DNA from: an uncultured Gemmatimonadales bacterium
GTDB lineage: Bacteria > Gemmatimonadota > Gemmatimonadetes > Gemmatimonadales > GWC2-71-9
NCBI GenBank assembly: GCA_963795085.1
Contig: CAWCFX010000001.1
Coordinates: forward strand, 1,216,001 to 1,280,000
DNA: 64,000 nucleotides
Direction: 5' to 3'
Part shown: positions 31,508-41,312 of the stretch, one piece after another
How the letters are laid out: every line of letters begins with the position of its first letter
Numbering within the stretch: position 1 is the stretch's first letter
Made by a program: the position numbers and the translations under genes
Notes under the pieces: generated by a model
Told to the model about the DNA's origin: nothing
Databases searched by the model: none
The model's input: only the letters and a program-made list of their open reading frames with translations

Positions 31508-32050
31508 ATGCGGTTCAGAATGTGGTTACCCATGACTCTACTTGGGCTCACGGCGGCGCCCATCGCGGCCCAGCATGCCCCGGCCGGGGACATGCCGGAA
31601 TCCTACCGGCGGGTCCAGGCCAGTGCCCTGGAGTTGCAGCGCACGATGCTGCTCGCCATGGTCGATTCCATGCCGGAGCGGCTGTACCGGGACAAGGCCA
31701 CCCCCGCGCAACGCGACTTCGCCGGCCAGGTGCAGCACGCGGTGGGCGCGGTCGTGATGATAGGCGCCCGGGTCCTGGGCGCCACGCCGCCCTCGGATCG
31801 GCCCGATACCGCCGCGGTGCTGAACACCCGCGCCGGACTCCGCGGCTTTGTCAATTCACGGTACGACTGGGCGGTGGCCGCGCTCAAGGCGCAAACCGAC
31901 CGCAGCAGGGAAGTGGATCTCTTCGGCAACAAGATGCCGGCCTGGCAGGTCTGGGATGAGATTCACCAGCACACGGTGTGGACCGCGGGGCAGCTGGTAG
32001 CCAATTTCCGGAAGCATGGCATGGCCCCTCCCGGCTTCGGGTTCTTCTAG
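31508..32050 (+). CDS. Secreted DinB family protein
   Basis: GAGGAGG RBS, signal peptide, MPE..Y..K.TP..R.F..Q..H and H...GQ.V...R..G..PP. Confidence 0.8.
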   Translation: MRFRMWLPMTLLGLTAAPIAAQHAPAGDMPESYRRVQASALELQRTMLLAMVDSMPERLYRDKATPAQRDFAGQVQHAVGAVVMIGARVLGATPPSDRPDTAAVLNTRAGLRGFVNSRYDWAVAALKAQTDRSREVDLFGNKMPAWQVWDEIHQHTVWTAGQLVANFRKHGMAPPGFGFF

Positions 32051-32228
32051 GCTTCGCACGCTGGCGCCCGGGCGACACTGACCGTCCGGGCGCTTTCGGG
32101 CCCTCCATCCCCGACCGGGCGCTGCCCGCCGGTCCTCCTCATCTTCCGCCGGCCTGCGACCGTCCCCGCTGTCGGTATCCCGGACCGGGACCACCGTCCG
32201 GATCATCGGCCCTGGCCTCCCAATCGTA

Positions 32229-33086
32229 GTGACTGGCCGCACATTGCGCGGGGCCGCGAATGCCCATCTTGGTGTGGCCTCACGACCTGTACGGGGAACT
32301 CGCGTGCCAGCATCAGTCCAGGAAACGCCGGAATGGTTTGAACGCTGGGCCCGCATGGGCTACGCGGCCAAGGCCCTGCTTTACGGGACCATCGGCCTGC
32401 TGGCCGGCAAGGCTGCGCTGGGCATGGGCGGCGGGACGACCGATACCGACGGGGCCATGTCCGAGATCGCCCGCGCGCCGTTCGGCCGCACGCTCCTCAC
32501 GCTCTGCGCGGTCGGACTGGTCGGGTATTCGGTGTGGCGGACTATCTCGGCGGTCACCGATGCCGAGAACCGGGGCACCGACTTGAAGGGGCTGGCGGTG
32601 CGGGGCAGTTTTATCGCGCGGGCGCTTTTTCACCTGGTGCTGGCCTGGTCGGCGGCCCGCATCGCCCTCGGCAAGAGCGCGGTGAGCCGGGACAAGTCCA
32701 GCGCCCTGGGTGACTCCGCCGAGCTGGTCCTGGGCGCCATCAGCCTCGGGTTCATCGGATACGGCCTGTACCAGGTGTACCGCGGCTGGGTCGCCAAGCT
32801 GAGCCGTCAGATCGATCACTCGGAGATGACCCGTGAAGCCGGCCCCTGGGTGTACCCGGTGGCGCGCTTCGGCATCGGAGCGCGAGGCGTGGTGTTCTGC
32901 CTGATCGGATATCTGACCGTGCGTTCGGTGACCCGCGGCGCACCCTCCGGGTCGGGCAAGTTCCAGGAGTCGCTCGAGCTGTTTGCCGACATCGGGCGGA
33001 TTCCGCTGGGCGCCATCGCCGCCGGGCTGCTGGCCTACGCGTTCTATGAAGTCCTGAATGTGCGGTATCGCGAAATCCGCACCTGA
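32229..33086 (+). CDS. DUF1206 membrane protein; start uncertain
   Basis: Repeated AR.G..A..L.Y / P.G..LL / GL.GY..W units. Confidence 0.8.
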   Translation: MTGRTLRGAANAHLGVASRPVRGTRVPASVQETPEWFERWARMGYAAKALLYGTIGLLAGKAALGMGGGTTDTDGAMSEIARAPFGRTLLTLCAVGLVGYSVWRTISAVTDAENRGTDLKGLAVRGSFIARALFHLVLAWSAARIALGKSAVSRDKSSALGDSAELVLGAISLGFIGYGLYQVYRGWVAKLSRQIDHSEMTREAGPWVYPVARFGIGARGVVFCLIGYLTVRSVTRGAPSGSGKFQESLELFADIGRIPLGAIAAGLLAYAFYEVLNVRYREIRT

Positions 33087-33665
33087 TCAGCCGGCGTACA
33101 GCACCCAGGCCCAACCGGCGCCGCTGAGGACCAGTCCCCCCACGAAAACCCGGTAGCACCAGTCCAGGTAGAAATACTGTCGGCGCAGGTAGATGGCGCC
33201 GTAGGCATACATCGCATCGGTCACCTGGTCGTGCATCAGGTGGGGCGTGGCCAGCAGCGTCCGCATCGCGTCCCGGTATTCCGCCGGGCTCAGGCTGGCG
33301 AAGTGGGTGAAAGTGAGCACGTTAAAGCCGGGGTCGCCGGGCCGGGGCGGATTGCGCCGGGGCGTGGGCGGTTTCATTGAGGCCACGGCGAAGAGCGCCG
33401 CGATGACCGATCCGGCGACCAGCAGCAGGGCGGGATAGCGCGCATCGCCGAGATAGGGCCGTCCCAGGCTGTAGGTGGAAATGGCCGCGCAGATGGTCAG
33501 CATCACCTGGGCCTTGGTGTCCGCGGCCTTGCTCAGGTCCAGTTGGGCGGACACCCCGACACGCAGGAAAGTGTCCGCCGAACGGACTGCCTTGCCGCCC
33601 GGTTTCGGCAGCGCCGACGCTGCCTCCGAGGCCGGCTCCTCGCGCCGCCTGTCTTTCTTTCCCAT
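33087..33665 (-). CDS. DUF5706 / Pycsar-type transmembrane effector family protein
   Basis: LS..AD.KA.V.L, two TM helices followed by P, N.L.F.HF..L...EY, and L.R.Y.YL...Y..F..G followed by a TM helix. Confidence 0.75.
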   Translation of the reverse strand: MGKKDRRREEPASEAASALPKPGGKAVRSADTFLRVGVSAQLDLSKAADTKAQVMLTICAAISTYSLGRPYLGDARYPALLLVAGSVIAALFAVASMKPPTPRRNPPRPGDPGFNVLTFTHFASLSPAEYRDAMRTLLATPHLMHDQVTDAMYAYGAIYLRRQYFYLDWCYRVFVGGLVLSGAGWAWVLYAG

Positions 33666-33681
33666 GCTGGGTCCCTCGCGG

Positions 33682-34065
33682 TTATTCGCTGGTCTGGGCA
33701 AACCTGAGGCGGTAGCCGCAGGGGTCCTCGACGCTGTACTCCCGGAGGCCCCACGGCTCATCGGTGATGGGGCGGGTGATCACGGCCCCTTTCCCGACGT
33801 GTTCGGCATGGATGGCATCGATGCCGGTGACCAGAATCATCACTTCCTGGCCCCGAACCCGGGTGGCCAGTTCGGAATTGGCCATGAAGTGGATATTGGC
33901 GCCGCCGCGCTGGATTCCGGCATCGGTGGCCGGGTCGCCCCAGAACCAGGTCACCTCGAACCCGAGGGTCTCGGTATAGAAACGGAGGGTGGCGGGCAGG
34001 TCGGCGCAGGCCAGCACGGGCACCGCCGCGGCGACCGTCGGCAGGGCGGAGGGAGTGAGGGTCAT
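33682..34065 (-). CDS. VOC/glyoxalase/bleomycin-resistance family protein
   Basis: PVL...D......FY...LGF and PWG.REY.V.DP.G. Confidence 0.88.
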   Translation of the reverse strand: MTLTPSALPTVAAAVPVLACADLPATLRFYTETLGFEVTWFWGDPATDAGIQRGGANIHFMANSELATRVRGQEVMILVTGIDAIHAEHVGKGAVITRPITDEPWGLREYSVEDPCGYRLRFAQTSE

Positions 34066-34066
34066 G

Positions 34067-35038
34067 TCAGAGCCACCCGAGCAGACGGGAATGAATGAAA
34101 CCCCAGGCCACCATGACGGCCAGGAAGCTCACCACGGCCAGGAAGGCGAGCTGATGGGCGGCTCCGGGGATGAACTGGAAGTTCATCCCGAAGATGCTGG
34201 CCACGAAATTAGGCACCATGATGATTACGGTGACCGCAGTGAGCCGTTTCATGACCAGCCCCAGCCGGTTAAAGGAGTAGAAGACCTGGACGTCGAGCGC
34301 CGCGCTCAGCAGGTCCCGGTAGGTGTCCAGTTCCGCCAGCACGTGGACGGCGTGGTCCTGCACGTCGCCGAAATAAGGCCGGAGTCGCTCCGGTACCGTC
34401 TGTTCCCGGCGGAGCACTTCGGCCAGCACATGGCTGGTGGGCGCCAGCAGCCGGGGCACCCGGAGCAATTCCTTCCGGAGCCGGAACAGGTCGGCCGCGG
34501 CGCTCTCCGCCCCCGCGAAGATGGCCTCTTCGATGTCCTCCATTCGCTCGCGGATCCGGTCCTGGACCGCGAAGTAGCCGTCCACCAGGCTTTCGAACAG
34601 GGCGTAGGCCAGTCCGGCCACGCCGTTGGCGTGACGGTCATCCTGGTGTTCCCATTTCCGGCGGGCGGATTCCAGCACGCCGAGCACCGCCGCCGGCTGG
34701 CGATGGATGGTGACCAGGTAGTTGGGTCCCCAGAAGAGGTTCAGTTCCCGGGGCTGAAAACTGTTCCCGCCATGCTCGGCCACGTACGCCACGATGAAGT
34801 AGTAACCGCCGAACGCCTCGCAGCGGGGTCGTTCGTGGGGCCGGGTCACCTCCTCGAGCGCCAGTTCGTGGAATCCAAAGATACGCCGGAGATATTCGAC
34901 ATCGTCCGCCGTGGGGTCGCTCAGGTCCAGCCAGAGCCGCTGCTCCGGATCGGCGAGAAGGGCGGGCAGCCGTTCCCGCGGCACCTCCGCCGGCGTGGCA
35001 TCCCCACGGCCATCCGCGATGAGCCGTATGGTTCCCAT
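34067..35038 (-). CDS. CorA-family divalent cation transporter (second copy)
   Basis: WLDL..P, FHELALE, HERPR and FGMNF. Confidence 0.88.
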   Translation of the reverse strand: MGTIRLIADGRGDATPAEVPRERLPALLADPEQRLWLDLSDPTADDVEYLRRIFGFHELALEEVTRPHERPRCEAFGGYYFIVAYVAEHGGNSFQPRELNLFWGPNYLVTIHRQPAAVLGVLESARRKWEHQDDRHANGVAGLAYALFESLVDGYFAVQDRIRERMEDIEEAIFAGAESAAADLFRLRKELLRVPRLLAPTSHVLAEVLRREQTVPERLRPYFGDVQDHAVHVLAELDTYRDLLSAALDVQVFYSFNRLGLVMKRLTAVTVIIMVPNFVASIFGMNFQFIPGAAHQLAFLAVVSFLAVMVAWGFIHSRLLGWL

Positions 35039-35177
35039 GAACGCTCCCGGAGTTGGAGAGAACGTGCTCGTGATCCATCGCGCTGCGTTGAAACGTTGGT
35101 TCCGGCGCTGGAATGATGACGAAACCGGCTGGCGGCGATCGTAGCTTGGCGGTCCACCCCTCACCCGGAGGCCGCCT

Positions 35178-36470
35178 GTGCTGGACGCCCGCATCGCCAA
35201 TGCCTACCAGCTGGAGCCCGTCCTGCTGGATGGCATCCTTGAAATGGCCCGGGGCCTCGGCATTGCCGTTGCGCCCCACGTCCTCATCTGGGATGCCGCC
35301 ATAGCCACCCTCGTCGCCCGGGTCGAAGGCGGGGGCGGCACCTGGCGGCCCGCCGGCCCGGTCACTGAATGGCTGGTCCGGCCCCGGCAATCCGGCGAAT
35401 CCGACCACCCGGAGCCCTTTCGCCGGGCCCGCTGGAGCTATCGCCGGCCGCCCACCAGGATGCTGGACGAGGCGGTCAGCGGTATGAACGGCATCTTCGA
35501 AGTCACCTGGAAGGACACGCGGTTTCTGGCCACGACAGGATTTAAGCACCGCGGGTGGGCCCTGCAAGACCCCTGCTTCGCTGCGGTGGTGGGCCCCTCC
35601 CGCGAGGTGCTGTTGGGTTTCCTCAAGGATATGCTCGCCCAGCGCTGGCTGGAACCAGACCGGGTTCGGGTCTGGGGCAACGCGCTGGAAGGCCTGACCC
35701 CCGATCCCGTCGCGGAAGATGAGGTCATCCTGCCACCCGATTTCAAGCGTGAGTTGCTTGCCTACCTGGACCGGTTCTGGGCGCTCCGGGAAAAAGCCGC
35801 CTCACTGAAGCTGCCCTGCCGCCGCGGAGTCCTGCTGGTCGGAGCGCCGGGCACCGGCAAGTCGCTGTTCGTCCGCCACCTGGTTTCCCGCTACCCGGGC
35901 ATCGCCGCCCATCTCTTCGTATCCTCCCGGCTCCAGCTGCCCGGCGAGAACGATATCGAAGCCCTGCTGGCCGAGGTCCGCCGCGCCGCGGAACCCGCCA
36001 TGATCATCCTCGAGGACATCGACCACGTCCTGGAAGGCGGGTACATGACGCGTGAGTTTCTCCTCAACAGTCTCGACGGCCTGCTGGAGACCGGGGTTCC
36101 GGTGCTCTGGCTGGCGACGTCAAACGATCCGAGCGGGGTCGAGCAGAACCTGCTGGACCGGCCCGGGCGGTTTGACCGAGTCGTGATCTTCCAGGCTCCC
36201 GGGCCGGCGGAACGCCGGAGCCTGATCCGGAATCTCTCGCCCCTGGGCATCGAAGACGAGGCACTGCGCGAGGCCGTCGCCCGCAGCGACTCCCTGACCG
36301 GCGCTCACCTGCGGGAAGCCTGCACCGCCGCCACCCTGGCCTGCCTCGACGGGGGCGATTCGTATGGCCATTCGCTCCTCGCCGAGTTGCGCCGCATGCA
36401 TGAACACCACGAGCGGGCAAAAAAGCACCAGTATGACCTGAACAAGGAGGAACGGGCCGGCTTCCGCTGA
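35178..36470 (+). CDS. AAA+ ATPase (classical clade) with an uncharacterised N-terminal domain
   Basis: Walker A GAPGTGKS, Walker B ILEDID, LN.LDG and DRPGRFD. Confidence 0.85.
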   Translation: MLDARIANAYQLEPVLLDGILEMARGLGIAVAPHVLIWDAAIATLVARVEGGGGTWRPAGPVTEWLVRPRQSGESDHPEPFRRARWSYRRPPTRMLDEAVSGMNGIFEVTWKDTRFLATTGFKHRGWALQDPCFAAVVGPSREVLLGFLKDMLAQRWLEPDRVRVWGNALEGLTPDPVAEDEVILPPDFKRELLAYLDRFWALREKAASLKLPCRRGVLLVGAPGTGKSLFVRHLVSRYPGIAAHLFVSSRLQLPGENDIEALLAEVRRAAEPAMIILEDIDHVLEGGYMTREFLLNSLDGLLETGVPVLWLATSNDPSGVEQNLLDRPGRFDRVVIFQAPGPAERRSLIRNLSPLGIEDEALREAVARSDSLTGAHLREACTAATLACLDGGDSYGHSLLAELRRMHEHHERAKKHQYDLNKEERAGFR

Positions 36471-36473
36471 CCG

Positions 36474-36977
36474 TCAGCCGGGGGCTGCCCGGGCGTAGAG
36501 GCCCAGGGCTTCGCCCGCCGGGTTCCGAACCAGCCCGGATTCTTCGAACCCCAGCCGGCGGAGCAGCCGGATGGAACGCTGGTTCCCGGCATCCACGATG
36601 GCAAGGATCCGGCGGTGGCCCTGCCGGGTCGCGTCCGCCAGCACTGTTTCGGCGGCCTCGCGGGCGTAGCCCTGAGACCAGAAGCCAGGGAGCAACGAGA
36701 ATCCCAGGTCGGGGCCGGGCAGCCACTCCCGGCGCACCAGTCCGCAGATACCCATGGGTTCCCCCGCCGGCTTGAGCGTCACCAGGCCGAGCCCATAGCC
36801 GTGCGTGGCGCGGGTTGCCGCCGGTCCCGTCGCGATCCAGGCGCGGGCGTCCTCGACCGTGCGGACGCCCTTGTCTCCCACGAACCGAAGGAACGCGGGG
36901 TCGTTGAGAATCTGGAGAATGGCCGGCGCGTCGCCGGGAAGGATTTCCCGCACAATCAATCGCGGGGTTTCAAGCAT
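36474..36977 (-). CDS. GNAT (RimJ/RimL-like) N-acetyltransferase
   Basis: LETPRL, G.CGL, DLG, GYAREA and N.RS..LL.RLGF. Confidence 0.88.
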   Translation of the reverse strand: MLETPRLIVREILPGDAPAILQILNDPAFLRFVGDKGVRTVEDARAWIATGPAATRATHGYGLGLVTLKPAGEPMGICGLVRREWLPGPDLGFSLLPGFWSQGYAREAAETVLADATRQGHRRILAIVDAGNQRSIRLLRRLGFEESGLVRNPAGEALGLYARAAPG

Positions 36978-37048
36978 GGCTGCCGCCCTTGTGGGATTCG
37001 GGGCCGCCCTGCACCTTTGGCCCCTCACCATCAACACTGGGGGCGGCG

Positions 37049-37360
37049 ATGCGGACATGGGGCGTAGTGGCGTGCCTGGCGGCAGGGCTGGCGTGTGGCG
37101 GATCGGATCTCGCGGACCGCATCGAGGCCTCCTGTGTCAAGGACGGGGCCATGACGGCGGTGCAGTGCGCCTGCTTCGCGGACCGGGCCGAGAAGGACCT
37201 GTCCCGTGATGCGCAGGAACTCATCGTGGCCGAGATCGAAGAGAACCAGGCCAAGGTGCGGGAGCTCACCGGGAAAATGAGCATGCAGGACGCCGCGTCG
37301 GTCGGGACCTTTCTCATGAACGCCATGGCCCAGTGCACCGCGGGGCAGCCGGGGGAATAG
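37049..37360 (+). CDS. Small hypothetical lipoprotein
   Basis: Lipobox LAC-GG and a C..C.C..C pattern. Confidence 0.6.
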   Translation: MRTWGVVACLAAGLACGGSDLADRIEASCVKDGAMTAVQCACFADRAEKDLSRDAQELIVAEIEENQAKVRELTGKMSMQDAASVGTFLMNAMAQCTAGQPGE

Positions 37361-37507
37361 CCGTCCCTCTCGTCACGGCCCGCGCCGGGAGCCCGGCCGC
37401 CCGGCGCCAGGTCATAATGCCGGCTGCTGACAACCACCGGGTGCCGATGGGACCCGCCGGGTGCGGGCTATCCGGCCCTGCCTTCGCGGGTTCCCGTCCG
37501 CAGGATG

Positions 37508-38080
37508 TCATGGCCTCGGTGGGGCTCCGGTCGCGCGTGCGGCGGTGTCTCGGTCCAGCATGGAGCGGAGCGGCGCCAGCCGCGGATCGGACGTGAAGCG
37601 GCGTCCGTAGTCCAGGTTGAACGCGTAATCGAAGTCCGGGGGGTTGGTCCCCTGGTTGTGCTGCATGATGGTCTCCAGCTTGTCCAGGCCCTTGGCGAGC
37701 CGCGCTTCCGCCGTCTCACACCCTTCATACTCATCATAGAGTGCCACGATCATTGCCTGTTGAGCCGGTGCCAGGGGCGTGACCAGCTCCACCAGGTCTT
37801 TGCGCTCGTCGGCGGCCTTGGCGCCCAGTGCTTCCTGCAGCGGTGCGGGAATATCGCCGCGCACCGCCTCTCCGAGGTCATGGACGACGAGCAACTGGAT
37901 GACCCGGTTGGTGTCCACGTCAGGAAACCGGTCCGCCAGCACCAGGGCCATCAGGCAAAGCCGCCAGCTGTGGGCTGCGACGCTTTCCGGCTGGCCGTCG
38001 GAGGTCCAGGCGCTCCGATGGGTCGCCTTGAGCCGCTCGGCGCGCCCCAGGAACTCGATGATGCCGGCCAGGTCATCCAT
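37508..38080 (-). CDS. HD-domain hydrolase (YfbR/HDDC2-like)
   Basis: LK...R, ESVA.HSW, HDL.E...GD and DKLE. Confidence 0.88.
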   Translation of the reverse strand: MDDLAGIIEFLGRAERLKATHRSAWTSDGQPESVAAHSWRLCLMALVLADRFPDVDTNRVIQLLVVHDLGEAVRGDIPAPLQEALGAKAADERKDLVELVTPLAPAQQAMIVALYDEYEGCETAEARLAKGLDKLETIMQHNQGTNPPDFDYAFNLDYGRRFTSDPRLAPLRSMLDRDTAARATGAPPRP

Positions 38081-38510
38081 GAGGTTCCCCGGTGAACACG
38101 GTGTCTGCGGCCAGCTCCTCGAAGCAGAGGTTGACGGTCCGGCCCACCGTGCGGGTGCGATGCACGGTGCCGGCCGGGACGGTGGCGGCCTGCCAGGGGC
38201 CCAGGCGCAATTCAGTGCCATCCGCCAGGTCGATCAGGAGGGTGCCTTCGAGCACGAGGAACAATTCGTCGGACGATGGATGATGATGCCAGGGATAATC
38301 GCCGTCGAAGGCCGCGAAGCGCAGGCAGTGCCCGTTAACCCGGTTGAGCACCAGGTTCTGGTAGCCGGCCGGCGCGTCCCCGGCCAGCCGCGCCAGGTCC
38401 ATGACCTGGAGGGCGGGATAGCTGACCGGCGTGTCCCGGTAGGATTCCGGGGTGAAGTCGTGGTCCGGCAAGGTGGCGGCTCCGCTCGGGTTTGTCGTAA
38501 TATAGGCCAC
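38073..38510 (-). CDS. Cupin domain protein
   Basis: WHHH..SDELF.VLEG and VP.G..HR. Confidence 0.85.
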   Translation of the reverse strand: MAYITTNPSGAATLPDHDFTPESYRDTPVSYPALQVMDLARLAGDAPAGYQNLVLNRVNGHCLRFAAFDGDYPWHHHPSSDELFLVLEGTLLIDLADGTELRLGPWQAATVPAGTVHRTRTVGRTVNLCFEELAADTVFTGEPHG

Positions 38511-38528
38511 CCCGTGCGGGAGCAGTCC

Positions 38529-39341
38529 TCACTGCCCGCAGTCCGTCTGGGGAATGTCGGAAACCTTGCCTTCGTCCTCGATCACGGCTGTCTGCCGCCA
38601 GAAGACGTCGTGCAGGGCCTGGGTCATGCCGCTGTCCACGTTGGCCGCCCGCACGGTGGCGAGGCGCTCGCCGAAGGTGGGAAGGGCGGGCACCGCGCCG
38701 CCTTCCCGTCCGGCCGGGGCAAACTCGCGGAGCCCCTTGCACTGGTAACAGACGCCCCGTTTGTTGACCAGCGAGCAGAGCCCTTCATAGGTGCTCTCCA
38801 TCTGGTGCCGTGCGCGCGACAGCGAGTGGCGAAAGGCTGATTCCGACAGGTCGAGAGCGGCCGCGGATTCCCGGTCGGTGAATCCCAGGACCTCCCGCAG
38901 GACCAGGGCGGCCTGCCCGTCCGGGTCCAGCGAGCGACCCACGCAGGTGAAGCAGTAGCCGATGTGTTCCTTGGCTTCATAATGGAAATCCGGGCGGCTC
39001 AGGGCCGTTCCGATTTCGCCGCCCAGCCGCTCGGAGCTGGCGCACGCGTTGGCGTGGGCGACCTGGGCGTGGGCCCGCCATCGTTTGCGCCGGCGGAGGT
39101 GGTCCACCGCGGCCCGGGCGCCAATGGCGCACAGCCAGGTGCCCACGCTCGAGTCCCCCCGGAACGACGCGCGGCCCTCCCAGGCCTTGAGCAGCGTCTC
39201 CTGCACGACGTCATCGGTATCCTCCGGGTGGCCAATCATCCGCCGCACCACCGCCCGGAGGCGGGGAATCTCGGGCGTGAAGATGGCGTCAAAGCCTTCC
39301 CGGGTGGCCCCGGCCACCGCCTCAATGTCTGATGCAGGCAT
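38529..39341 (-). CDS. ECF sigma factor with a Cys/His-rich insertion and C-terminal extension
   Basis: Region 2 (DDVVQET.LKAW, F.G.SS..TW), region 4, HIGYCFTC and CSLVNKRGVCYQC. Confidence 0.88.
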   Translation of the reverse strand: MPASDIEAVAGATREGFDAIFTPEIPRLRAVVRRMIGHPEDTDDVVQETLLKAWEGRASFRGDSSVGTWLCAIGARAAVDHLRRRKRWRAHAQVAHANACASSERLGGEIGTALSRPDFHYEAKEHIGYCFTCVGRSLDPDGQAALVLREVLGFTDRESAAALDLSESAFRHSLSRARHQMESTYEGLCSLVNKRGVCYQCKGLREFAPAGREGGAVPALPTFGERLATVRAANVDSGMTQALHDVFWRQTAVIEDEGKVSDIPQTDCGQ

Positions 39342-40312
39342 CAGTCGGTTCCTTCCTGGGAGGAGGCGAAGAGAGCCTGGAGCCGGAGTTCGAAGCCTTC
39401 CTTCTCCCGCTCGGCGATCAGTTCGGCGGCCACCAGGTTGGCGCTGGTGGTCACCAGGAAATCAAACGCCTCGAGATTCTCAGGCGCATCGGTCCGGAGC
39501 ATGCTGACGACCGAAGCGATTTCGGGTTCCGTCAGCAACCGGGCGCGGTGGGTCAAGCCGGCCACCGCCGCTCGAAAGGCCCGGAGCCGGGCGATCTGCC
39601 AGCGGAGGATGGAACGATTCCGGCCGGCACCGGACTCAGGGGCGGCCGCCAGGTCGTGTCCGATGTATACGGGCGTATCATCCGGCAGCATGGCGTCCAG
39701 TCGCTCCAGGGTGCGGATCCACTCCCGGGTGTGCCCGGACTGGGCAAAGGGAGGAATCCCGAACATCACGAGGTCGCCAACCACGGCGGCCTGCTGCCGG
39801 CCGGACCGGACCAGGAAGACCGCGTCCTCATACGATTCGCCCGGTCCCGTCTCGATCAGGGTGAAGGTCACCCCATCCACCTCGATGGCCTGGCCGCTGC
39901 CCAGGACCATGTCAGGCCGGGGCGCACCGGGCGAAGTCATGCCGAAGCGGGCGTAGTTGGTCTCATCCCAGGTGGCCAGTTGCCGCGCGACGCCCGCGCT
40001 CGACATGACCCTCGCCCCGCCGCGATCCAGCCAGGCCAGCGCGCCGTAATGGTCCACGTGCGCATGGGTCAGTAGCACCGCGTGCACCGACTTTCCCAGG
40101 ACGGTGCGTATCGAATCAATCCGGGCGGCGTGCGCCGGCGAGAATCCCGGATCAATGATCACCAGGTGGCGCCGGGTTTCGACCACGATAGTAGTGGCGA
40201 AGGCGGCGTCCGAATGGGTCAGGACCCGCACCCGGAACGCGTCGTCGGGAGAAGCCTGGCTCGTCGGGGCGGACCCCGTGAGCAGGGTGAGCAGGGTCAG
40301 GGTGGTGATCAT
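39341..40312 (-). CDS. Secreted metallo-beta-lactamase-fold hydrolase
   Basis: Signal peptide, THAHVDH, GD and GH. Confidence 0.85.
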   Translation of the reverse strand: MITTLTLLTLLTGSAPTSQASPDDAFRVRVLTHSDAAFATTIVVETRRHLVIIDPGFSPAHAARIDSIRTVLGKSVHAVLLTHAHVDHYGALAWLDRGGARVMSSAGVARQLATWDETNYARFGMTSPGAPRPDMVLGSGQAIEVDGVTFTLIETGPGESYEDAVFLVRSGRQQAAVVGDLVMFGIPPFAQSGHTREWIRTLERLDAMLPDDTPVYIGHDLAAAPESGAGRNRSILRWQIARLRAFRAAVAGLTHRARLLTEPEIASVVSMLRTDAPENLEAFDFLVTTSANLVAAELIAEREKEGFELRLQALFASSQEGTD

Positions 40313-40417
40313 GGCAGGGTCTCCGGTCCGAGGGTGGGTGTCGTCTTACCCTGGCTTAGACGACCGGCGCCGGAGAATCCGCCAACTGCAACCGGCGCAA
40401 TCACCTGGGGCCGGCGG

Positions 40418-41095
40418 TCACCGGAACGTGGCGATGGCCGAGAGCGGTTTCCGCCGGATGTCGGGGACGCGGGCGTCCGCCGCCGGATAGCCAGCGACGA
40501 TCAGCATGACCGCCCGTTCGTTGGTTGGACGCTCCAGCACGTCGCCCAGGAAGCCCATCGGGCTCGGCGTGTGGGTCAGGGTGGCCAGGCCGGCATGGTG
40601 CAGGGCCGCGAGGAGAAACCCGCAGGCAATACCCACCGATTCCATGACGTAGTAGTTGGTGATGCGGGAACCATCCGCCGCGAGGCCGTACCGCTCGGCG
40701 AACACGGCAATCAGGTAGGGCGCCGTCTCCAGGTAGGGCTTGTGCTCGTCGGTTCCCAGTGGTGCCAGGGCGGCCAGCCAGTCCGCGGGCGCCGTGGCGT
40801 AAAACTCCGCCTCGGCGGTCTCCGCCGCGGCGCGAATCGCCCGTTTCATGGCCAGGTCCGCGACCGCGACAAAGTGCCATGGCTGCCGGTGGGCCCCGCT
40901 CGGCGCCGTGCCGGCGGCCTCGATGCAGGACTCGATGATGGCCCGTGCCACCGGCCGGTCGCTGAACTGTCGCACGGTGCGCCGGCGCTGGAGGTCTTCG
41001 GCAAACTCCCGGCTGCGCCGGAGCATTTCGTCCGGTGGGTATTCCCGGTAGGATCGGAGCGGCACGAAGGCGGTTTCCCTGGATGGCTCGTTCAT
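40418..41095 (-). CDS. Nitroreductase family protein, iodotyrosine deiodinase-like
   Basis: RRTVR.FS, APSGAH.QPW, L.PLGT...KPYLE, ESVGIA.G and LTHTPSPM. Confidence 0.85.
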   Translation of the reverse strand: MNEPSRETAFVPLRSYREYPPDEMLRRSREFAEDLQRRRTVRQFSDRPVARAIIESCIEAAGTAPSGAHRQPWHFVAVADLAMKRAIRAAAETAEAEFYATAPADWLAALAPLGTDEHKPYLETAPYLIAVFAERYGLAADGSRITNYYVMESVGIACGFLLAALHHAGLATLTHTPSPMGFLGDVLERPTNERAVMLIVAGYPAADARVPDIRRKPLSAIATFR

Positions 41096-41312
41096 TCGTC
41101 TGTCCTTTTCGCGGCGGGGGCGCGCATCGGCCGGTGAATCCCTGATCCGGGTGAAGTAGGTCCGAGTACCGCTGCTACTACCGGCCCATCAGCGCCGGTG
41201 CGTTTCTGCAGGTTCAGCGCCCTAACCGTTGCGGGCGAGGGTGGCGGGAACGGGGCATGCGGCCGCGTCGGGAAGCGAGGTCCTCGGGACACGACGCCAC
41301 CTTTATCAGGAA

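Noticed and set aside
41096..41312. Intergenic GTTAGGGC (minus strand) as an attC/attI core
   Set aside because: There is no matching inverse core or palindrome at a suitable distance.
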